A stretch of 64,000 nucleotides of DNA. Source: Armatimonadota bacterium (GTDB lineage Bacteria; Armatimonadota; SYMT01). The notes under the pieces were generated by a model, which had not been told where the DNA came from, made no database searches, and saw only the letters and a program-made list of their open reading frames with translations. Location of the stretch: contig JAWLHY010000003.1 of the NCBI GenBank assembly GCA_041690135.1, forward strand, positions 832,001-896,000, read 5' to 3'. Below are positions 57,620 through 64,000 of the stretch, piece after piece (positions within the stretch are counted from its first letter, which is position 1; each line of letters opens with the position of its first letter). The position numbers were made by a program, and so were the translations under genes.

Positions 57620-58006
57620 TTATTCCACCTTCGTGGCGATCCACCAGGTGGTGCCGCCCGCGTCCTTCACGCCGCCGCGTTTGTCCGCGTCCGCCTTCTT
57701 CACAGGTTCCTGGACCGAGGTCGCGCCCGCTTCCAGAGCGCGTTGGTAGGTGGTGTCCACTTCGGGGACGTAGATGTGGACGTGTGCCGGTAGCGCGGGC
57801 CAGCCTTCGGCGCTGTCGGCGATCATCACCACCGTGTCGTCGAGGCGGACCTCCGCGTGCATGATCCTTCCGGCATCGTCGGGAAAGCGGCGGATCTCGA
57901 CCGCGTCGAACACGCGGATCAGAAAGTCGATCGTGGCCGCGGCATCCTTCACGATCAGGTACGGGGACACGGTGTTGTAGGTGTCGGGTTTGTAAGGGGG
58001 TTTCAT
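57620..58006 (-). CDS. VOC/glyoxalase (PhnB-like) protein
   Basis: YNTVSPYLIVKDA...IDF, IMHAEV, HIYVPEVD..YQRAL.AGA, RGGVKD..GTTWWIAT. Confidence 0.9.
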   Translation of the reverse strand: MKPPYKPDTYNTVSPYLIVKDAAATIDFLIRVFDAVEIRRFPDDAGRIMHAEVRLDDTVVMIADSAEGWPALPAHVHIYVPEVDTTYQRALEAGATSVQEPVKKADADKRGGVKDAGGTTWWIATKVE

Positions 58007-58135
58007 TAGCCCATCCAACGCAAGGCAAAGCACGACGTTAGCCGGTCGCTACAGATTTTCGGCAATCCAGGCGGGAATGCCCGCATCCGGATCTTGAAGC
58101 ACCCCTTCCGGGCGGGGATAACTGGCTTCCTCGTC

Positions 58136-59290
58136 TTAGCTTGGATCGTTCTCCGCCGATACCACGCGTTCTCCCACGAAGAGGGTAGCGGGTTCGAGAC
58201 CCGGCTCACGGATCATGAGATCGATGCCGGGATAGAGTGCAAACGGCGTGACGGGCTGTGCCGGGTCCGGCGCCTCGATGAGTTCGCGGTCGACATCTTC
58301 GACCTCCGGTATGCTCGGTGCTAACCCTGCCCGCCGAGCCGTCCGTATTACGGCGATCGCGGGGATATTTAGAAACGGAAGTTGACACCCAACCCATACG
58401 GCGAGATCGGTGCGAGGCCAGGTTTCCAAGAGACCGACGACCCCTTGATCGATCAGGCGGACATCGCCGCGCGCGATCCCGAGGAACGCGTTGCGCACCG
58501 CGGCATCGAATTTCGTCCGAGGAGCATAACCCAACTCACTGGCCGGAATTTCAGATCCGAGAATCCAGGAGCGGAGAGTATTCCATGAACTGCGCGTGGA
58601 AGGAGGGAGCCCATGCCCCGTGAACTCCATCCGAGCCCAGAGCGCCAGGTGTCTTTTGTTGCCGACGAGCAAGCCGGTGAAGACGTGGTCGAAGTACCCG
58701 TAGTGGTCGGAAAGGCGGATCAACTCGGCCTCGAGGCAACTTGAGGCCAGTAGAGAGCTCAGCAGATCCTCCGCGGATGCGCCGAAGAGCCTGCCCAGAA
58801 TGGGCAGTACTTGAAGGGAGGTACTCTGCCCGCGATACACGGCGTTCAGGAAGTAAGCCTTTGGCGTGTACCTCATATAGGGTGAGGACGGGTGCAGATC
58901 TCTCGACCAGTGAGAACCCTCCGGGAAGACACCCAGACAGGGTCCGGATAGCTTCAATAGACGCTCTGCCTCGTTCGCCAGCGTGACGGTAGACGATTGG
59001 ACGGCCTGTCGCAGCTTGATCCGCCGGGATGGGGAATACCTGGGCCAACTCGCCGCGCGAATGTTCCGAAGTGGCGGCAACGGCACTCCGAATTCTAACT
59101 CGCTGCAAAGTTTGCTGAGTCGATGGAGACCGTCGTCCGTCTCCGGAAGCGAGAGGATGCCGACACCCCTCTGCTTACTCTCATCCGCATACTGAAGCAA
59201 CCGAGCGATCCGCAGTGCAAGCCGCTGGCGGAATTGCGGAACAAGCGAGCCGTCCAGAATGCGGTGCTCAACCGGGTTCGGAGTTGTCAT
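58136..59290 (-). CDS. Hypothetical protein with an Imm49-like C-terminus
   Basis: Atypical codon usage; GIARGD...FLNIPAIAVIRTARRAGL resembles Imm49 immunity proteins (from memory). Confidence 0.5.
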   Translation of the reverse strand: MTTPNPVEHRILDGSLVPQFRQRLALRIARLLQYADESKQRGVGILSLPETDDGLHRLSKLCSELEFGVPLPPLRNIRAASWPRYSPSRRIKLRQAVQSSTVTLANEAERLLKLSGPCLGVFPEGSHWSRDLHPSSPYMRYTPKAYFLNAVYRGQSTSLQVLPILGRLFGASAEDLLSSLLASSCLEAELIRLSDHYGYFDHVFTGLLVGNKRHLALWARMEFTGHGLPPSTRSSWNTLRSWILGSEIPASELGYAPRTKFDAAVRNAFLGIARGDVRLIDQGVVGLLETWPRTDLAVWVGCQLPFLNIPAIAVIRTARRAGLAPSIPEVEDVDRELIEAPDPAQPVTPFALYPGIDLMIREPGLEPATLFVGERVVSAENDPS

Positions 59291-59793
59291 CGGATGCCCC
59301 CGTGTTTATCCAGGATGTCCACCACCGCAGCTCGCTGCTCTGGGTCCTCCGGCAAGGCGTCGAGCACGGTTTCTCCCAGGTCCGTCACGTAGTCGGCGCG
59401 GGAGCCTGCGGTCAGCAAGAGGTCTACCAGACGTGCATTCCCGGATCGGATCGCACAGTGGAGAACGTTATCCTGGGTGACCGAGGTGGCATTCGGATCG
59501 GCGCCGAGAGCGAGCAGAGCTTCGGCCATGCGGTCGTCTCCCAGTGTTGCTACGTCGATCAAAGGAGAGCCGCCGAACTTATTGGGAGCATTCCCATCGA
59601 AGCCGTTGAGCCCGAGAAAGCGCACGGCCTCGGTGTAGCCTTCCACGGCGAGGAAGTGCACCAGGGTTTCCTGGTGCATCCACCGTGCTTCCCGCAATTC
59701 CGGATGCTCGCGCAGGAGTGCCAGGGCGGCCGGCTGGTCTTCAACCGCCGCGTCGAGGAATGCGCCTACGACCTCACGCCACGGCTGTTCCAT
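59287..59793 (-). CDS. Ankyrin repeat protein (possible immunity protein)
   Basis: ETLVHFLAVEG, GGSPLIDVA, GADPN, NVLHCAIRSG, GETVLD. Confidence 0.85.
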   Translation of the reverse strand: MEQPWREVVGAFLDAAVEDQPAALALLREHPELREARWMHQETLVHFLAVEGYTEAVRFLGLNGFDGNAPNKFGGSPLIDVATLGDDRMAEALLALGADPNATSVTQDNVLHCAIRSGNARLVDLLLTAGSRADYVTDLGETVLDALPEDPEQRAAVVDILDKHGGIR

Positions 59794-59831
59794 AAGAGAG
59801 TAACTCTACGGGTGATCGTCATAGCATTCCT

Positions 59832-60545
59832 TTACTCACCGCCCGCGTTCAGTTGCCGAGCCAGCTCTGCTTCCAGGCGCGGCGCGTCTTCCTCCCGGAA
59901 GCCGAAGGTGGCGTAGGTGATCCGGCCGTCGCGTCCGATGACGTAGGTCCGGGGGATCAACTCCTCGGCGAAGAGGGAGTAAACCACGCGCTCCGGGTCG
60001 GGAGCCACGGGAAAGGTGTACCCGTGCTCCGTCACGTAGTCCTGCACGGTCTGCCGGGTCTCTTCCCGGCCGATCACGAGCAAGGCAAAGTCGTCCCGGG
60101 AGCCGTACTGTTTCCACAGCTTTTCGATGTGCGGGAGTTCGAGGCGGCATGGTCCGCACCAGGTGGCGAAGAAGTTTAGCAGGACGACCTTGCCGCGCAG
60201 CTCTTCCAGGGCAAACGTCTCGCCACGGTCTGTCTTGACGCGGAACGCCGGTGCCGGATCGCCCACCTTGACCCGAGATCCGGTCTCGCTCTCCTTCCGC
60301 CGCGCTTCGGCGGCCTGCTTCGATTGGCGGGCCAGGGCCGGCAGTTGCACCAGGAAGATAACCGCGTAGTTAGCGGCCCCCAGGGCCAGGAAGCCCGCGA
60401 GACAGGTGGCGGCCCGGAGCAGGGGCTGCTTGCGGTTCCCCCGGGCACGGCGCAGCGCCGCGACCGTGTAGTAGCCGGCGGCTAGCAAAGCGCCGAAGGA
60501 CGTCAGCAATAGTAGGTTGTTCAGCCACATATACGGTACGGTCAT
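59832..60545 (-). CDS. Membrane-anchored TlpA-family thiol:disulfide oxidoreductase
   Basis: GDPAPAF, LRGKVVLLNFFATWCGPC..ELP, IPRTYVIGRDG. Confidence 0.92.
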   Translation of the reverse strand: MTVPYMWLNNLLLLTSFGALLAAGYYTVAALRRARGNRKQPLLRAATCLAGFLALGAANYAVIFLVQLPALARQSKQAAEARRKESETGSRVKVGDPAPAFRVKTDRGETFALEELRGKVVLLNFFATWCGPCRLELPHIEKLWKQYGSRDDFALLVIGREETRQTVQDYVTEHGYTFPVAPDPERVVYSLFAEELIPRTYVIGRDGRITYATFGFREEDAPRLEAELARQLNAGGE

Positions 60546-60568
60546 CCGGCACCTCCGCCTGTCGCGAT

Positions 60569-60886
60569 CTACGCAGGTTCATCGCACAGGCGTTGTTCGA
60601 GGTAGCGTTCCAGGGACCCTGCGTACCACTCGCGGTAGCTCTCGGTTCCCCCGAACGCCAGGTTCGCTCAAGCTATCTCGGCCGCGGACCAGACCAGCCC
60701 GCTGCCGTACCGGTCCCGGATGCCGTTGCTTTCGCGGAGCAGTTCCTGGAGTTCCGTGGGAAGCGCGAGCCGAAGGCATCGCTCGACGTGCGCCAACTGA
60801 TCGTCAACCGCCGGAGCAGTTCGTGTGTGGGGAGCGCCCCATACGTCAATCAGGCCCAACCAGGATGAAGCATTAAACGGCGGCAT
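60569..60886 (-). pseudogene. SMI1/KNR4 (SUKH) immunity gene remnant
   Basis: AHVERCL..ALPTELQELLRESNG...LVWS..EI, in-frame TGA at 60668-60670, then ANLAF...WYAGSLERYLE. Confidence 0.7.
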
Positions 60887-61049
60887 GGCTCTTCCTCATT
60901 GCGCGGGAGCCCCTCCGCGGTGAGGAGTTGCGTATTCCGTGAACGGTGGCTTCCCGCGTCCACGAGGACGCCCACGGCCAGCGAGGCGACTTCCAGTCCC
61001 TCGCGCGAAACGCCAGGCTTCCCGAAGTGAAGAATGGTCCTCACGCTCC

Positions 61050-62009
61050 TCACTTTCGGCCGGAATACACCAGAATCGCCGTCGGGACGGTAACTCCCGT
61101 GGCGAAATCGGAGCGTAGCGCCCCGCCCTCTTTCCACACCGCCTGGGTGCTGGCGCCGCCGTCGAGGGCCATGGCTTCGGCACAGGCGACCCGGTGATAC
61201 TTGCGGAAGTAGTCGGCCAGGAAGCGGGCGCAGTCCTCGAACTCCATCCCATCCGTGGTGCAGAGGACGAGGCGACCGGGCCGGTTGCCCTTGCCGGCGC
61301 TGTAGCCCAGAAAGGTGCGGGGGAGGGAGCCCGGGCTGGCCAGGCGCTCGCGCCTGGTCGCAATCTCGATCTTGCCGTTGTGGATGAGGCGGGGACCGCA
61401 CGCCAGGGCCTGGCGGACGTCCCACGGCTGGCTGCCGTCCTTGAACTGGGGCTCGGGGTGGGCGCGGAGCGTCTGCGGAGATCCGGGGCGGCTGGTGACC
61501 CACGCCATGCGGGGCCGTCCATTTGCGGTGAGGCCGAAGGCGGAGCGGGCGTAGGCGTGGCGCTCGGGTCGGGAGCGGTAGACGGGACCGGCGACCCGCA
61601 CGCGTCCGTCCAGCTTGAGCAGTCCCACGATCTCCTTATGCTCGGGGCCGACCGTCTTGCCGAAGAAACCGCCGTTGATTCCGGCCACGGCACCCCGGCT
61701 TTGCACCCACTCCTCCACGCTCAGCGACTTCCCGGTGATCAGGCGGTTACGGAAGGCAATGTCGTCGGCGGCCACTTCCACGCGGACTCCGGGATGGGCC
61801 AGGTCGACGTCGATGACGCGGACGGTGGCGAGCCCCTGCTGGAGTTGGCGCGTCGTGACGCCCGGCGCCACCGCTGTGGGGCGCACCGCGGTGGCCCGCA
61901 CGCTCTGCGCCACATAGAGCGGGCCGCCGACCGCGGCGGCCAGCCCCGTCAGCGCCAGCAGCCGGATGAACCCGCGCCGCATCAAACTCGTTGTCCGCTG
62001 CCTGTGCAC
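61050..62009 (-). CDS. Phosphodiester glycosidase (NAGPA/DUF2233) family protein
   Basis: AGINGGFF, RSAFG, GPRLIHNG, PRTFLG, AMALDGGAST. Confidence 0.9.
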   Translation of the reverse strand: MHRQRTTSLMRRGFIRLLALTGLAAAVGGPLYVAQSVRATAVRPTAVAPGVTTRQLQQGLATVRVIDVDLAHPGVRVEVAADDIAFRNRLITGKSLSVEEWVQSRGAVAGINGGFFGKTVGPEHKEIVGLLKLDGRVRVAGPVYRSRPERHAYARSAFGLTANGRPRMAWVTSRPGSPQTLRAHPEPQFKDGSQPWDVRQALACGPRLIHNGKIEIATRRERLASPGSLPRTFLGYSAGKGNRPGRLVLCTTDGMEFEDCARFLADYFRKYHRVACAEAMALDGGASTQAVWKEGGALRSDFATGVTVPTAILVYSGRK

Positions 62010-62051
62010 CCCTTCTCTCCCTGCTCCCCACTTATACGATTCCGATTGTCA

Positions 62052-62192
62052 GTTCGGCCCGCGCCGAACCACAGGTCTTTGGTTTTGACGGTCATACCCA
62101 CCTTCCCTGGGACGTAGTGGTCCGCTGGTCCCGGGGAATTCGGTCGGGCGTTCCCACGGTTCCGGTCGAAGGTCCCGGTTCGCTCGCCGGAT
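62052..62192 (+). ncRNA. Candidate rod-like structured ncRNA (6S/SsrS-like)
   Basis: Nested pairing GAACC/GGTTC, GGTCTTTGGTT/GGTCGAAGGTC (G-U rich, favouring the + strand) and TTCCCTGGGAC/GTCCCGGGGAA around a central bubble; -10-like TACGAT at 62035. Confidence 0.4.
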
Positions 62193-62268
62193 GGAGAGGT
62201 ACACTGCAGGCAGGTGTACCTTTGGGCTGCCCCAAGGCGGTCCCGCTTCCGCACGGAAGGGACTCCCC

Positions 62269-64000
62269 ATGAACGACCTCATCGGGCTGGTTCTCGTGGT
62301 TCTGGTTGGGTTCGTTTTGCACTTCCGCTCCCGGCTGGGCGAAATGTCCGACCGTTTGGAGCGGTTGGAACAGCTGGAGCCGCTCATCGAGGCGCTCCGG
62401 ACGCGTCTCTCGCGACTGGAAGCCGGTCTCGCGCCACAGGCGGCCGCCGGGGCTGGCACCGCAGCGGCTCCGGTCGCTCCCGTGGCAGCCCGGCCTGTGT
62501 CTCCGGTACCGACGCCCTCTGTGGCAAGTAACCCGCCGGTTGCACCCAGCCTTGGGGAGTTCGTCCTTCCGGGTCAGGCGCGGTCCTGTCCCGAACCCAC
62601 GCCTGCTGCCGCGGCCCTCAATAGGGTTTCGATACCGCCAGCCGCCACTGCGTCCGGCATCCCGCCATCCGGTGCTCGGACGGAGAGCCCACGCGCGGCG
62701 ACCTCGGCGCCCGAACCCGCCCCGAACTGGGAGGAGCGGATTGGCGCGCAATGGCTTACCTGGCTGGGAGCGGTGACAGCGGCTATCGCCGTGGGATTGG
62801 GGCTCAAGCTGGCCTTCGACCTGGGTTACCTCGCCTGGGTCGTGCGGATGCCGCCCATCGCCTACCTCATCCTGGGTTGGCTCGCCGGCGCCGTGCTGGT
62901 CGGTTTCAGCGTCCGGGTCCGCACCTCCATGCCGTTCTACGCGCAGGGCCTGGCGGGCGGGGGTGTCGCCATCCTCTATCTCACTACTTACGCAGGTTAT
63001 GCGCTCTACGGTGTCCTCGCGGCCGGGACCGCCACCATGGGCCTCGCGCTGACCGGTGCCGCCGCGATTGGCCTGGCGCTGCTGCACCAGTCGGTCGTCA
63101 TCGGGTGGATCGGGGTGGTCCTGGCCTATGCCAGCCCCGTGTTGCTGGGTGGCGACGGCCGGTCTCCCGCGCCGCTGTTCCTCTATCTCACGGCCCTCAA
63201 CGCGGCGGTGCTTGGCATCAGCCTGCGGGAGCAGTGGCCCGCCTTCCGGTTGGGGAGCTTCCTCGCCACGGCCGGGCTCTACGGGGCGTGGCACCTGAAC
63301 CGGTACGACGTGCTGCTGATGCCGCCCGCGCTGACCTTCGTGGTCGTCAACTCCCTGATCTTCCTGGCGGCCTTGACTCTCTATCCCCTCGTGTGGGGTG
63401 AGCGGAGCCGGGAGTCGGACCTCGCGGTGGCGGTTCTGAACCCGCTGCTGACCGGCCTGGCCTGCTACTCCATCCTGTACTCACACTACCCCGGCTGGCT
63501 GGGTTGGACGACCCTCGCGTTTGCGGCGATCTACTGGCTGACCTCGCGGGCGCTCCGCTTGCGGCTGGCGACGGCGGAGGACGATCCGGATTACCTGGAA
63601 GAGCTCTTCTTCGCGACGGCGGTGGTCCTGGCGCTGCTGGCGGTGCCGCTGCACCTACAGGGACGGGTTATGACCGCAGCCTGGGCGCTGATGGGCACGG
63701 GACTCACCTGGGTGGGCTACCGAACCCAACCCGCACCGGTCCCGTGGAGCCGGACCCGTGCCTGGGGTGCCGTGGCACTGGCTCTATCTGTGGGCCGACT
63801 GCTGGGCGTGGACGTCAGGCGGGCGCCGCACGGCGCTCTGGCTTTCCTCAATGAGCGCGGTTTTTCTTTTGCCGTCGTACTGGCGGCGCTGGCGGTGGCT
63901 GGGGCCGTGGCTGCTCGGGAGGTGCGCGAGGCGGAGAGGACCGACAGGACCGCGGACCTGCCGCACGGGGTGCTCGCTCTGCTCGGTCTCGTCATCTGCG
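62269..64000 (+). CDS. DUF2339 multi-pass membrane protein (runs off the window end)
   Basis: Open frame from MNDLIGLVLV: coiled coil, Pro-rich linker, NWEERIGAQWLTWLG, AQGLAGGG..ILYLTTYA; absent from the ORF track because it has no stop in the window. Confidence 0.88.
   Translation, partial: MNDLIGLVLVVLVGFVLHFRSRLGEMSDRLERLEQLEPLIEALRTRLSRLEAGLAPQAAAGAGTAAAPVAPVAARPVSPVPTPSVASNPPVAPSLGEFVLPGQARSCPEPTPAAAALNRVSIPPAATASGIPPSGARTESPRAATSAPEPAPNWEERIGAQWLTWLGAVTAAIAVGLGLKLAFDLGYLAWVVRMPPIAYLILGWLAGAVLVGFSVRVRTSMPFYAQGLAGGGVAILYLTTYAGYALYGVLAAGTATMGLALTGAAAIGLALLHQSVVIGWIGVVLAYASPVLLGGDGRSPAPLFLYLTALNAAVLGISLREQWPAFRLGSFLATAGLYGAWHLNRYDVLLMPPALTFVVVNSLIFLAALTLYPLVWGERSRESDLAVAVLNPLLTGLACYSILYSHYPGWLGWTTLAFAAIYWLTSRALRLRLATAEDDPDYLEELFFATAVVLALLAVPLHLQGRVMTAAWALMGTGLTWVGYRTQPAPVPWSRTRAWGAVALALSVGRLLGVDVRRAPHGALAFLNERGFSFAVVLAALAVAGAVAAREVREAERTDRTADLPHGVLALLGLVIC

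Noticed and set aside
58013-58043. attC-like GGCTAAC...GTTGGAT before the VOC gene
   Set aside because: Only 17 nt between the putative R boxes, no L boxes, no integron integrase, and no matching sites between neighbouring genes.

Overview
GC-rich bacterial chromosomal window. Gene content and repeat style suggest an Armatimonadota/Planctomycetota-like organism (inference only). 1-18.2 kb is a complete minus-strand type I-E CRISPR-Cas locus: WYL regulator - cas3 - cse1 - cse2 - cas7 - cas5 - cas6e - array 2 - cas1 - cas2 - array 1, with array 3 upstream of the WYL gene. The arrays use two repeat variants and share a leader-junction motif. The trailer ends of arrays 2 and 3 each continue into two duplicated, structured 300-440 nt 'giant spacers' bounded by degenerate repeats. 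19-47 kb holds mostly ordinary envelope, ion-transport and signalling genes with MITE/REP-like elements between them. 47-61 kb is a patchwork of small toxin-antitoxin and immunity-like genes, several broken. It includes a tRNA-Leu(GAG) followed by two identical 454-bp units, each made of a terminator, a 96-aa GIY-YIG nuclease and a tRNA copy carrying a 19-nt hairpin insertion. Close variants of that 19-nt hairpin are inserted into the stems of other palindromic repeats at four more sites. This nuclease/micro-hairpin pairing is the strongest candidate here for an undescribed mobile system. Protein calls come from motif recognition by eye, not database searches.
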